Assembly: GCF_964213995.1 (NCBI RefSeq)
Contig: NC_135830.1
Coordinates: forward strand, 9,734,001 to 9,798,000
DNA: 64,000 nucleotides
Source of the DNA: Mustelus asterias
Lineage: Eukaryota
Direction: 5' to 3'
Part shown: piece after piece, positions 24,701-37,542 of the stretch
Numbering within the stretch: position 1 is the first letter of the stretch
How the letters are laid out: each line of letters starts with the position of its first letter
Translations under genes and position numbers: made by a program
The notes under the pieces: generated by a model
Database searches by the model: none
What the model saw: only the letters and a program-made list of their open reading frames with translations
What the model was told of the DNA's origin: nothing

Positions 24701-25957
24701 TAAAACAGTGAACATTCTCCCCCCAGACCTGAATATAAAACAGTGAACATTATCCCCCCCCAGACCCGAATATAAAACAGTGAACATTATCCCACCCCCA
24801 GACCCGAATATAAAACAGTGAACATTATCCCCCAGACCCAAATATAAAACAGTGAACATTATCCCCCCCCAGACCCGAATATAAAACAGTGAACATTATC
24901 CCCCCAGACCCGAATATAAAACAGTGAACATTATCCCCCCCCAGACCCGAATATAAAACAGTGAACATTATCCCCCAGACCCGAATATAAAACAGTGAAC
25001 ATTATCCCCCCAGACCCGAATATAAAACAGTGAACATTATCCCCCCCAGACCCGAATATAAAACAGTGAACATTATCCCCCCCAGACCCGAATATAAAAC
25101 AGTGAACATTATCCCCCAGACCCAAATATAAAACAGTAAACATTATCCCCCAGACCCGAATATAAAACAGTGAACATTATCCCCCAGACCCAAATATAAA
25201 ACAGTGAACATTATCCCCCAGACCCGAATATAAAACAGTGAACTTTCTCCCCCCCAGACCCGAATATAAAACAGTGAACATTATCCCCCCCAGACCCGAA
25301 TATAAAACAGTGAACATTATCCCCCCCAGACCCAAATATAAAACAGTAAACATTATCCCCCAGACCCGAATATAAAACAGTGAAGATTATTGACCCAGAC
25401 CCGAATATAAAACAGTGAACATTATCCCCCCCAGACCCGAATATAAAACAGTGAAGATTATTGACCCAGACCTGAAGAGAAAAGAGTGAACATTATCCCC
25501 CAGACCCGAATATAAAACAGTGAACATTATCCCCCAGACCCGAATATAAAACAGTGAAGATTATTGACCCAGACCCGAATATAAAACAGTGAACATTATC
25601 CCCCCCCCCCAGACCCGAATATAAAACAGTGAACATTATCCCCCCCCAGACCCGAATATAAAACAGTGAACATTATCCCCCAGACCCAAATATAAAACAG
25701 TGAACATTATCCCCAAGACCCGAGTATAAAACAGTGAACATTATCCCCCCCAGACCCGAATATAAAACAGTGAACATTATCCACCCCAGACCCGAATATG
25801 AAACAGTGAACATTATCCCCCAGACCCGAATATAAAACAGTGAACATTATCCCCCCCCAGATTTGAATATAAAATGGTGAACATTATCCCCCAGACCCGA
25901 ATATAAAACAGTGAACATTATCCCCCCCAGATTTGAATATAAAATGGTGAACATTAC
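21752..25957. repeat. ~4.2-kb minisatellite, unit ~34-40 bp (ACAGTGAACATTAT-Cn-AGACCCGAATATAAA)
   Basis: Over 100 head-to-tail units differing mostly in poly-C length; no unique spacers. Confidence 0.97.
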
Positions 25958-26876
25958 AGTGCCGGCTAGCCCAGTAAATGGCTGACAGAATAAAACAGCA
26001 TGTTCCTCGATTTGTTCATAATGGGTCGTGATTTTCTTTTCAGCAGCCCACACTCACAAAACCAAAAATACAATGTTTACTGTGATTACAGATTGGGCAG
26101 CACTTGCTGAACAATCCTGAGTGTGCTAATAGCTACACTCAATCAATTGAAGATAATCAGTCGAGTTCATAATACGGCTCAGTTATATTTGCGAGAAGTG
26201 ACATACATACATACGCAGCGATCCTTTCCCTGCAAACAAAAGCCTTGTACCTTTTTTGAATTTCCCAGAAGCTTGAGAAACCTACAGTCTCCTATTGGTT
26301 TCTCCATGGCAAAGCTTCAAGTCAATGAGAGTCCACCAATTAGCACCCTTTTCTCCTGTAGTATAAATTGCAATCATTTAAAATTTGGCATTCTTCCGTT
26401 TGTCCTGATGAGTGCATGCTGAAAAGATTCAGCAACATGTCTCTCTTGTCAGCAATATTCAAGTTCAGTACCAACAAGTATCTGTGCATTGTTTTATGTT
26501 CCTTGATAATTAAATGTGATCGTGGAAGTGTCACTGTGAAGAATGTGTAAGTCAGTAAGAATTGTCAGCATTTTCTCATTGGAAATCTTAATCAGTGGAA
26601 TCTTTCAGACACTGAATTGTAGTTTGTACCAAATGTCAATTTCAGACTGAAGGAAAATGTATTATAAACAAGTTCCTGAATAAAACAAAAAAAAAAATCA
26701 CAGATAGTACGTTTAAAAGGGGACACAACAGCCCTGAAAATCAGTGACATCTCAGAATATTAAAGCAGAATTCCAGTTGTAGGGATTGTTAATGTCAGCA
26801 GAAACAAACCAATATTGTCAGAATATCAATCCTGAATGTGATTAACAGCAGCAGTAACTGCAAAATCTAACTCCTG

Positions 26877-27720
26877 CTGACAATTGTGAACTTGCAGAGG
26901 TGTCAGCAAGTGGGATGACCGAGTGTATCCCTTCCCACACACAGAGCAGGTGAATGGCCTCTCCCCAGTGTGGGTGAGCTCGTGTAAATGCAGGCTGCCC
27001 GACTGAGTGAATCCCTTCCCACACATGGAGCAAGTGAATGGTCTCTCCCCAGTGTGTGTGTGTTGATGTGCAGTGAGGATTGATAACTGCCTGAAACTCT
27101 TTCCACAGTATGTGCAAATAAATGGCTTCTCCTCAGTGTGAATTCACTGATGTGACAGGAGGCCGGATGAATTGGTGAATTCCCTCCCACACGTGGAACA
27201 GGTGAACGACCTTTCCCCAGTGTGAACTTGCTTGTGTGCACTGAGGTTGGATGAAGACCTGAACCTCTTTCCACAGGAAAGCTGAACGGTCTCTCCTCTG
27301 TGTGAACTCGCTGGTGTGACAGCAGGTTAGATGACAGAGTGAATTTCTACCACACACAGAATAGGTGAATGTCTTCTCCCCTGTATGAATTCGCTGGTGT
27401 GACCAAAGACCGGATGGCCCAGCAATTCCTTCCCACACAAGGAGCAGGTGAACGATCTCTCCCCAGTGTGAACTCGCTGATGTACACCGAGGTTGGATGA
27501 ATATGAGAACCCCTTTCCACAGGTGGAGCAGCTGTACGGCCTCTCCTCAGTGTGAATTTGCTGGTGTAAGAGCAGGTGGGATGAGGTAGTGAATCCTTTC
27601 CCACACACGGAGCAGGTGAATGGCCTCTCTCCAGTGTGACTGTGTCTATGGTTTTCCAGCAAGTATGGATAATTGAATTCTTTACCACAATCCTCACATT
27701 TCCACGGTGCAGGTGACCTT
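26877..27720 (-). pseudogene. C2H2 ZNF pseudogene (ZNF-B)
   Basis: Finger motifs scattered over several frames; ATGGAGAAACC start deleted relative to paralogs (ACC|GTGGAAATGT). Confidence 0.85.
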
Positions 27721-28959
27721 GTGTCTCTCCAGGTTGGATGATCAGTTGAAGCCTTATCCACACACGGACCACGTTTATGGTTTCTTCTCACTGTGAATGG
27801 TGTGATTTTTTTCAGGCTGTGTAACCGGTTAAAGCTCTTTTCAGTCAGTTCACTGGAACACTCTCACTCGGGGGTGTGTGTCTCGGGTCTTTTTCTGCCA
27901 CATTGAATTTTTAAAATTTTCTTCCACTGACAAAACAGGCAATGATTTCTCCCTCCACTGTAAAAAGCAATCATACTGAGGTCATGATGAATCAAATGGT
28001 TCTGTAGACCTTGACCTGAAGTTTAGTTTGAGTTTCCTGTCTGTGAATCCTCCTCTTCTAGTTCCCTGCAAAAAGAGCTTAAAAAACTAATTCATAACAG
28101 ACAATTCGAGTTTCCATGGAACACTTCTTCATCTCATTTATCTTGAGCTGTAATCTCCATCCCACACACTCTCTCTTGTCCCTGGTCTAAATCAAACTCC
28201 TTGCCCCATCTCCACCATTTCATGTCTCCACTCTGAGACCAGCTCCCTCTGCCTTGTCACTCTGGCTGGATTCAGTTCTCCAGATCATGTGCAGATTGAC
28301 TGTACAACCAAGGAGTCAATTATTTTCTTTTAAGGTCAGGGGACATGAAGTTCCACCGACTCTGTTGTTACCACAATGGCCACACGTCCCCTGCTCACCA
28401 CCGAAACAACACGGTGACCGTTAACACGGACCTGTTCCGAGGAAAGGCTCCATTTTATTTGTGCCACAGCACCAGGGGAATTACCTCCTGCACAGGCACA
28501 AAGGTATCATCAGTCACAGGAAGTAATGGCAGCTGGTGTCTCAAACCTCATTTTAACATTTGCTCCCAGACATTCTAAATTACATTTGAAATACAAACTG
28601 ACTTCTGGCATTATGGAGTAAATTAAAACATAATCATTTTCAGAATGACCATTCCCGAGAATCAATTCCCAAATCAGTAATATTAAAATTCTCATCAGAA
28701 ATACATTGGAAAAACGGCTATTTTAATGGACATTTTCACAAACGCTATAAAAATGATTTTTCAAAAAAAATTAATATTTTCTTCAACAGATGAATAATAA
28801 TAATTTAATAAAACAACCACCCAATGAGGATCCTGACTCAGGGTTTCTGAGCTTCATTGACCACTAACTGAACCAGCCGGGAATTGTCTCCACAAAACTT
28901 CCCCAACTCTCTCCCGGGAAAAAGCTGCAAACCCGGGAGCTGCAGCTTTTTACTGGGGG

Positions 28960-29860
28960 TGTTGGTGCCTCCAGCGGGTGTTTGTGAATCCTCCCCGCCC
29001 ACCTCCCAGGGTTTCCTTCCTTCCCAGAGATCAGAGTCCTCATTGATTTGAGGCCAAAGTGTAACCTCTTATTTATTGTCCCCCTCCCCCATCCTCTGAT
29101 GTGAACCATCCTCCAGTGGCTGAGCCAGGATGGGGCCGTTAACCTCGGTCTGTTCCCGGGAGGGAGGGAGGGAGAAGCCCCGCAGCTGCAAACCAGGGAG
29201 CTGACAATGATTCTGAAGGGTTTGCGGATCCACAAAGTGTTTCCAAATCCTCCCAGCCACCGCCTAACGCTGACTCCGCTTCTCCGGGACAAACAAGCGC
29301 CAAGGACAGCACTGACACTGCGCATGCTCCACGTCACAATGCCCGGGAACTGATTGACAGCAGCTCCGGACCAATAGGAGGAGGGGGCGGGGCTGGAGGA
29401 CCGTCCAGAAGCGGTTGGTCCTCCAACCAATCAGACTGAATGGGGGGGGAGGGGGCTGAGCATGGAGCTCCCTCTGTCTGCGCGTGCGCTCGGCCGCACA
29501 CTGTCAAGATTGCGATCGTTCACCCGGGCCTGAATCGGGGGAAAAGCCCGAACAACCTTTCAACGGTTCAAATATCGAATCCGAGCTTCCTATTGGGGGC
29601 TTGCGGCCTACACGGGACTTTTATGAAGCCTCGAAGTCCGCCCACCCACCGGCTCCATCACTCATTCCTGATTTACCCGGTGTTATCGCCCGGACTGAAT
29701 ATTTCCGCAACCGTCTCAATCCTCAGTGATCGGCACTGCGCATGCTCCAGATCCCCACAGTGCAACTCGCCCTTAGCCCCGCCCCTCATTCACTCCGATT
29801 GGTTGGAGGACCAGCCGCTCTCGCTCGGTCCTCCAGCCCCGCCCCCTCATTCATTCTGAA
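28960..29860 (-). promoter_or_regulatory. Two tandem CpG-rich promoter modules upstream of ZNF-B
   Basis: NRF1 sites (~29320, ~29737), CCAAT and GC boxes; homologous to 41480-41960 and (inverted) 45300-45930. Confidence 0.7.
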
Positions 29861-29864
29861 TGTT

Positions 29865-30570
29865 TTGCCTTCTCCCAAAAGCCAAGGCCATCTTTCCCAG
29901 AACTCCATATTTGAATTCTTCAATCAGGTTTCTGCCTTGTCACATTACTGAAACAGCTCTTATCAAAGTCCGCACTGACATCCTATGTGACTGCAACAAA
30001 AATGAACTTTCCCTTTTTATCCTCGACCTATTTGCAGCCTTTGGCAAGGTCGCCCACATCATTCTGCTCCATCCCTCTCCACTGTCGTCCAGCTGGGTGG
30101 GGCTACTCTCTTCTGGTTCTACATGGGCGGCACGGTGGCACAGTGGTTAGCACTGCCGTCTCAAGCACCAGGGACTCGGGTTCGATTCTGGGTCACTGTC
30201 TGTGTGGGTTTCCTCCGGATGTTCTGGTTTCCTCCACAGTTCAAAAGATGTACTGGTTCGCATTGACCATGCCAAATTCTCCCTCAGTGTACCCAAACAG
30301 GCGCAGGAATGTGGCGACTAGGGGATTTTCATAGTAACTTCATCGCAATGTTAATGTAAGCCTACTTGTGAAACTAATAAATAAACATTAAACTTTAAAC
30401 CTATTCTTCTCTCTTCAATCAGAGTCAGAGAATCACTTATAATATCTTCCCTTCCCATTCCCACACTTACCTCTGGTGTCTCCAGAGGCTTGGCCTCTTA
30501 TTTCTTATCAACATATTCCCATCAGTGACAACATCTGAAAACAGTGTCAGTTTTCACATTTACTCTGTTA
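29865..30570 (+). mobile_element. Degraded L2-type LINE RT fragment interrupted by a SINE
   Basis: ETALIKVRTDIL..LDLFAAFGKVAH (cf. L2 LDLSAAFDTVDH); resumes after ~30400. Confidence 0.7.
30125..30400 (+). mobile_element. HE1-like SINE (alternative tail)
   Basis: GGGCGGCACGGTGGCACAGTGGTTAGCACTGC head; AATAAATAAAC tail. Confidence 0.82.
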
Positions 30571-30919
30571 AAGAGACAATATAAATGTAGAGTGTTGTTA
30601 TTGTCTGACAATGATAGATCAGGAATATCACAAACATTTTAAATGTTCATTCCACATTTCTATTTCTTCTCAAAGTCTCAGTTAGGAACAGATCCCAATT
30701 TAACACCAATCTCTGACTTGACATCACATTTCCAATATTCACCGTTGTTCTTCCTGACTCTAAACCCAGTTGTAAAGGAGTTTCTGTTCTCCCTCCAGGA
30801 CCACTGAATCATGGAAGAGCGTGGCTGGGACACATTCCTTACACACCTCAGCTTACACAGCCACATGTTCAGTCCGGGATGTCACTAAAAGCAGCAATGA
30901 CAAACTCCAAATTCTACAA

Positions 30920-31590
30920 TCATTTGTGAACTCGCTGGTGTCTCAGAAGGTCGGATAACTGAATGAATCCCTTCTCACACTCAGAGCAGGTGAATGGCCT
31001 CTCTCCAGTATGAACTCGTTGGTGTGTCTGAAGAGTAGATGACTGAGCAAAGCTGTTCCGACACACAGAGCAGGTGAATGGCCTCTCCCCAGTGTGAACT
31101 CGCTGGTGTACCAGAAGGTCGGACAACTGACTGAATCCCTTCCCACACTCAGAGCAGGTAAATGGCCTCTCCCCAGTGTGAACTCGCTGATGTCTCAGAA
31201 GTTGGGATGACTGAATGAATCCTTACCACACACAGAGCAGAGGAATGGTCTCTCCCCAGTGTGAACTTGCTGATGTGTCAGAAGGTGGGATGACCGATTG
31301 AATCTCTTCCCACACACAGAGCAGAGGAACGGCCTCTCCCCAGTGTGGACAAGCTGATGTGCTACCAGATGCTTCTTGCTTTTAAACCTCTTCTCACAAT
31401 CAGAGCATTTAAAAGGTCTCTGATCACTGTGTACAAGTTGATGGTCAGTGAGATGGGATGACTGAGTGAATCGCTTCCCACATACAGAGCAGGTGAATGG
31501 TGTCTCCCCAGTGTGACAATGATAACGTTTTCTCAGCTTTGGGTAATTGAAGCTCTTCCCACAGTCCCCACATTTCCACAGTTTCTCCAT
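30920..31590 (-). pseudogene. C2H2 ZNF with frameshift (probable pseudogene or truncated gene)
   Basis: MEKLWKC start at 31590; frameshift near 31222 separates ORF 31195..31626 from the distal fingers ending at 30920; first finger degenerate. Confidence 0.75.
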
Positions 31591-32139
31591 GATGCCAGTG
31601 TCCTTGTGACTCTCCAGATTGGACAATCAGTTGAAACCTTGCCCAAACTGTATGGTTTCTCCTTGCTGTGAATAATGTGATGTTTTATCAGGCTGTATAA
31701 CTGGTTAAAGCTCTTTCCACAGTCAGTTCACTGGAACACTCTCACTCGGTGCTTTTCCAGTCAATTGTTTCAAAACTTTCAGTTTGAAATCCTCAGACAG
31801 AAACAGAGAAACATTTCTCATTCCACATTCAAAGGTTCACAATATTCAAGCGCTGATGAATCAAGTGAGTAGATGTTGGATGTCATGTTTGGTTTGATGT
31901 TCTTGTTTGGAATTCCTCCCTTTCTCATAGCCTGTAAAAGGAGTTTATAAAATGAATCCTCGTAAGTACAGGACAGAAATTCTAAATAGACAATTCTGAT
32001 GCTGTGGAACATCTTTTCCTCGCTTGTTCACTTATGGGCTGAAGGACCTCTTTCTGTGCTGTGTGACTCTATGACAGCAAGTCCAGTTAGCCCCAAGACC
32101 TCAGTGCCTGCTCACCCACATTGATTCCCAGTCACAACA

Positions 32140-32236
32140 AAAGCAGAAACTGCTGGAAACTCTCAGCAGGTCTGACAGCATCTGTGGACAGAGAATAGAG
32201 CCAACTTTTCGAGTCAGGATGACCCTTCATCAGATT
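32140..32236 (-). mobile_element. Penelope-like family 2 repeat with hammerhead core
   Basis: Minus strand CTGATGA A GGGTC-ATCCT-GACTC GAA AAGT T. Confidence 0.6.
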
Positions 32237-32574
32237 TCAGCATCTGCAGTACTTTGTCATGATTTCCAGTCAAGCGGAATCTTGATTTTGAAATTATCAG
32301 TCTTATATCCAAATACCAGACACATTGATAGCTGAAATAATTTCCCACAGACAGAACAGCTTCTTTACACATTCAAAGGTCAATGATCTTGATGAATCGA
32401 CTGAATCTAGATACAATGTTTTGAATTGTGAATTCTCTCCTCCGAGTATCCTGTAAATACATTATTGTCAGTCCAGGTTAGCAATCCACCATTTTCGGTT
32501 TTTATTTCAGATTTCTAGAACTCACAGAATTTTGCTTTTAACATAGAAATGCATAAAGCTCTGTCCTGCTGCTG

Positions 32575-32940
32575 GTATTGCCCCCTATAAAGATGGCAGC
32601 GTCCTAGCTGGAACATTGCCCCTTATAAAGATGGCAGCGCCCTTGCCGGAACATTGCCCCTTATAAAGATGGCGGCCGGCGAGCCCGGCCCGACACCGAG
32701 AGAACAACCGTCTCGGTCCAAATGGGGGACCGTTAGATTTTTACTCGAACTTTGCGAGCCGAGTCTGGTGGTAATGAAATCTCTCCACCCACCGGCTCCG
32801 TTCCCCATCCACACTCGGTGTTTTATTTCACCCGTTGCGAAAGCCACACGACCGCCTCGCCCTTCCATCAAGCTGCAGCACCCGCACCGCGCATGCTCCA
32901 ATCACAACCTAACAGTGCGCCTGCGCAGCAGCTCCCGCAG
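32575..32940 (-). promoter_or_regulatory. Promoter/first-intron module of the 31-kb ZNF with triplicated YY1 site
   Basis: Three ~38-bp units each with AAGATGGC; GCGCATGC and TGCGCCTGCGCA NRF1-like sites; CCAAT. Confidence 0.68.
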
Positions 32941-33069
32941 TGAATGCTGGGCAATGGCTCTGCCATTGGATTGTACCTTTGTGGACACAGATTGGAACAA
33001 CAGGGACAAGACCATTCATCAGCAATTCACACACTGGTCATGTCTGCCATGTCCTTGGTTATTGGTCAC

Positions 33070-33340
33070 ATGTGGTCAGCACTGCTGCCTCACAGCGCCA
33101 GGGACCTGGGTTCAATTCCAGCCTCAGGTTACTGTGTGGAGTTTGCACATTCTCCCCGTGTCTGCGTGGGTTTCCTCCCACAGTCCAAAGATGTGCAGGT
33201 TAGGTGGATTAGCCATGATAAATTGCCCCTTTCATGTTGGGGCATGAGATTACAGGAATAGGGCCTGGATGGGATCGTTGTCAGTGCAGGCTTGATGGGC
33301 CGAATGGCCTCCTTCTGCACTATAGGGATTCTATGATTCT
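33070..33340 (+). mobile_element. HE1-like SINE
   Basis: GCACTGCTGCCTCACAGCGCCAGGGACC..GTTCAATTCC; tail GGGATTCTATGATTCT. Confidence 0.82.
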
Positions 33341-33479
33341 GTGTGTCAAATTTAGTGCTCTGAACATTGTATAATTAAAAAGTAAGCATGCAACCTATTT
33401 TGCCAACAGAAATCGAGTACAATGTTGGTAAATGTGAGGTCATCCATTTTGGTAGGAATAACAGCAAAATGGACTATTT

Positions 33480-35050
33480 TTTTTTATTGTCACATGTTTT
33501 AGCATACAATGAAAAGTATTGTTTCTTCTGCGCTATAAAGACAAAACATACCGTTCATAGAGAAGGAAATGAGAGAGCGCAGAATGCAGTGCCACAGCCA
33601 CAGCTAGGGTGCAGAGAAAGACCAACCCAATGCAAGATAGGCCCACCCAAAAGTCCGACAGCAGCACGGGAAGAAGCTGCTCTCCAGTCGGTCGGCACGC
33701 GACCCCAAGACCTCTGCATCCCCCTCCCGATGGAAGAAGGTGGAAGAGAGAATGTCGGGGGTGCGCGGGGTCCCCAACCATGCATTTAAATGGTAATAAA
33801 TTGCAGCATGCTGCTGCGCAAAGGGACCTGGGTGTCCTTGTGCATGAATCACAAAAAGATGGTTTGTCAGAGCCACCGGATGATAGTCATTAAGGCACGC
33901 TGCCCTGGCTTTTCTTTGGTATCGGGATGATGGTCCTCTTCTTGAAGCAGGTAGGGACCTTAGATTGTTGTAATGAGAGGTTGAACATGTCTGTGAATAC
34001 CCTTGCCAGCTGTTCCACGCAGGACCTCAGTGCTCATTGGGGTACCCCGTCTGGGCCAGTTGCTTTCCATGGGTTGACTTTTGAGAAGGCTACTCTGATG
34101 TCTGCACTGGTGACCTAACATACAGAATCATTCGAGGCTTCTGGGATGGAGGGTGTGCTCTCGCTGACCTCTTGCTCACAACGGGCATAGAATGTGTTGA
34201 GCTCAGTGGGGAGGGGTGCATTGGAGCCGGTGATTTTACCTGCCTTAATCTCGTAGCCTTTTATGTCTTGCAGACCTTGCCATAGTCGACGGGAATCCAT
34301 GTGGATAGCCTAGGATTCTAGCTTGATCCGGTACTGTCTTTTGGCATCTTTGATCGATCTTCATAGATCATATCTGGCTGTCTTGTATAGGTCAGTGTCG
34401 CCTGACATGAACGTCTCAGATCTAAACTTCAGCAGACAGTGGATATCCCTGTTCATCCATGGTTTCTGGTTGGGAAACACATGGATTTGCTTCTTTGGCA
34501 CGCAGTCTTCTACACGCTTACTAATGAGTCAGTTACTGTGGTGGAGGACTCATTCAGGCTGGTCACAGAGTTTTTAAATACTGACCAATCTACTGACTCT
34601 AAGCAGTCTAGTAGGAGATCATCCGATTCCTCAGACCAATATTGCACGACTTTCTTTGGCAGATTCTCCCATTTCAGTTTTTGCTTTTAAGCTGGGAGCA
34701 GGAGCACAGACGTGATTTTCCAAGGTGTGGACTGGTGATAGAGCAGTAGGCATTTTTGATATTTGTATAGCAGTGGTCTAGGATGTTTGGGCCTCTGATG
34801 GAACAGGAGATGTGTTGCAGGTACCTTGGTAGAACACCCTTGAGCTTGGCCTGATTGAAGTTTCGGCTACGATGAACAAGGCCTCAGGACAAGGCCTCGT
34901 CTCAAGGCTATTTGTGGTGGTGTATATTTCATCCAATGCCGTCTTCACGCCTGCGTGGGGTGGGATGTAAACTGCTGTCAGGCTAACAGAGGTGAACTCC
35001 CATGGAAGGTAGTCAGGGTGGCATTTTAGCGTCGGGTATTCTAGGCCCGG
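33480..35050 (-). mobile_element. Rex1/Babar-like LINE fragments (3' tail 33480-33785; APE-linker 33870-35050)
   Basis: DSRRLWQGLQDIKGY..LPTELNTFYAR; HSLFHLLPSG 3' end; EFTSVSLTAVYIPP-like APE motif near 34980. Confidence 0.75.
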
Positions 35051-35859
35051 GGATCCAATGTAATGATAATACAGTCAATATCGCGTGCACCATAACCAAA
35101 GTTTGGGTCTCATTTGATAGCGTGAGTCATGGTCTATTGATATAATATATTCCAATTCTGTTATTTGTCACTCTGCCACTTACTATTTGACAATAACCTG
35201 CCTGATATTAAAATGTTACTGCATTTTACAACTGCAGGTCCTGGGGCTGATTGGAATCTGGTGTAACAATAATAATCACAAAGATCGGTTCCAGTGTCTC
35301 TGAGGTCATTTTGCCTGCAGGTAACCTGACATTAAGGGAGACAAGAGGCCCAACAAATATTTGCTTGTAAGAGGAGGACAAGATGTAAGGGGGCAATGAT
35401 AGTTTGAGGTTTGTGTGTTATGCTGAGTGTCACTGGGAGGTGAGTGGGAAAATAGGAATGCAAACATCATGGCAGAGACATGTGTTACTGACTCTACTTG
35501 ACTGAGAGCTGTTATGCTCAAGGGGAGAATAATGAGGACATGGGGAACTCCAGAGATTTCTGATATTGAGGTGTACCTGTGAGAGGAACTGAAAATAATC
35601 AGTTCCTTCTCATGGTTATCTGCAATTCTTGAGTTACAGTCACATGGGAAACAGATCTGACAGCTCATCAAACCCAATATTTTGATCTTCTGTTTGAGAC
35701 ACATTGTGACTGAAAAGATCAAATGTTAAAACCTCAGGAGAGAAACATTCAGAATGTCACAAAGACGAGTGAACTGTCAATTAATCCCATTTACCATCGT
35801 TCTGCCAAATTCCCTCTGCAAGTATTTATCCAATTCTCTTTGAAATTTACTATTAAATT

Positions 35860-36140
35860 GGGCAGCACGGTGGCTGGGCAGCACGGCGGCAGAGTGGTTA
35901 GCACTGCTGCTTCACAGCGCCGGGTTCAATTCCCGGCTTGAGTCACTGTGTGGAGTTTGCACGTTCTCCCCATGTCTGCGTGGGTTTTTCCGGGTGCTCC
36001 GGTTTCCTCCCACATTCTGAAAGACGTGCTAGTTAGATGCATTGACCCAAACAGGCGCCGGACTGTGGCGACACGGGGAATTTCACATAACTTCATTGCA
36101 GTGTTAATGTAAGCCTTACTTGTGACTAATAAACTTTACT
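35860..36140 (+). mobile_element. HE1-like SINE (alternative tail)
   Basis: GGGCAGCACGG head (locally duplicated), TGGTTAGCACTGC, tail CTTGTGACTAATAAAC. Confidence 0.8.
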
Positions 36141-36269
36141 TGAAATCTGCTTCTAGCACCTGTCAGTTTGTACATTCCAGATTGCATCAAATTATTGTGT
36201 AAAAAATCATCCTCATCACCCTCTCCAGTTAAGTTGTCAATTATGTTAAATCTCTGTATCCCCTCTGTG

Positions 36270-36548
36270 TACAGACTCTCCTGCACCTGGGAAACAGTTT
36301 CTTCCTATCGACAGACCCTCCAATACCTGAGAAATAGATTCTCTCCATCGACAGACCCTTCTGCACCTGGGAAAGTTTCTCCCCATCGACAGACCCTTCT
36401 GCACCTGGGAAAGTTTCTCTCCATCGACAGACCCTTCTGCACCTGGGAAAGTTTCTCTCCATCGACAGACCCTCCTGCACCTGAGAAATAGATTCTCCCC
36501 ATCGACAGACCCTCCTGCTTCTGGGAAACAGTTCCTCTCCATTGACAC
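36270..36548. repeat. Minisatellite, ~38-40-bp unit x ~7
   Basis: CCATCGACAGACCCTTCTGCACCTGGGAAAGTTTCTCT repeated in tandem. Confidence 0.9.
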
Positions 36549-37542
36549 TATCATAAATCGTTTGTCATTTTAAACGTCTCTATTAAACCTCCCCATCACG
36601 TACCCTGATCTAAGACAGAAAAACCCATGTTTTTCCTGCCCTGAAGAATCATATGGACTCAAAATGTTAACTGTTTCTCTCTGACTTGCTGAGTTTTTCT
36701 GCTTTTTTCCCTGTTTTTCCTTCTATAATCAATCAGAAACCCTTCATGATGTTGAACATCTCGATTAAATAGGAACACAGAGACTGAGAGAGATCCAGAG
36801 GAGAGACAGAAAGACAGAAACATTGAGAGAGATTTAAAAAAACAGAAAGATGAGGTGGTCAGGGATAAAAGCTGAGAAACAGAGGAAACAAGCAATACAG
36901 AGAGAATGATATACAATATAAGGGAGCGGGCAATCAGTTCCTGGCTATGGGGAGCAGAGGGAACTCAGTGACTGATCCACAAATACAGCTCGTTATATCC
37001 GGGAATGGAGACTCTGAACAGAAATAACAGACTCATTTGTAAATGTCACTGCAATGTGATCCTGTGTGACTCTGCCCTGTCTCTGTGGACGGATATAGGC
37101 CGCACTGATACATGTTCTCACCAGATTGTGGCCCCTGGATTTATTTTTTGCCCAGAAGTGAGATGTGCGGTTTGCAACCGGCAGCAGAGAAACAGGAAGT
37201 TGTATTTCCTGAGAGTGAAACAGGCGACATCAGTTTGAGATGTTATCACCGTGAATATTCTTCCTGCCTGTGAGGGTGAACTCACTCTGACAGCATCAAG
37301 AACAACCACACAGATTGCTGCCGCTCTCAGCATTACATTCACCTCCATTCCCATTTTAAACAATAAACAAAGATTATTTGGGTTTTTAACAGTCAATGAA
37401 TTGGGAGATGGACTGAGGGTCATCACTGGGAGAGATGAGGGGAAATTATAGAAAGGAATGAGTTTCCCCCAAAGAGGGTGATCAGAAAATGAGAGTGAGT
37501 CAGGGCCTGTCAGAGGAAGTGGGAGAGAGAAGTGGGGAGACA

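Noticed and set aside
21752-25957. CRISPR-like array or repetitive protein ORFs (MFTVLYSGLGGI / YKTVNIIPPRPE)
   Set aside because: No unique spacers or cas genes, vertebrate context; ORFs arise only where the poly-C length keeps a 36-bp unit and are repeatedly frameshifted
30125-30200. tRNA genes at SINE heads
   Set aside because: A/B boxes continue into SINE body and tail; no cloverleaf or terminator
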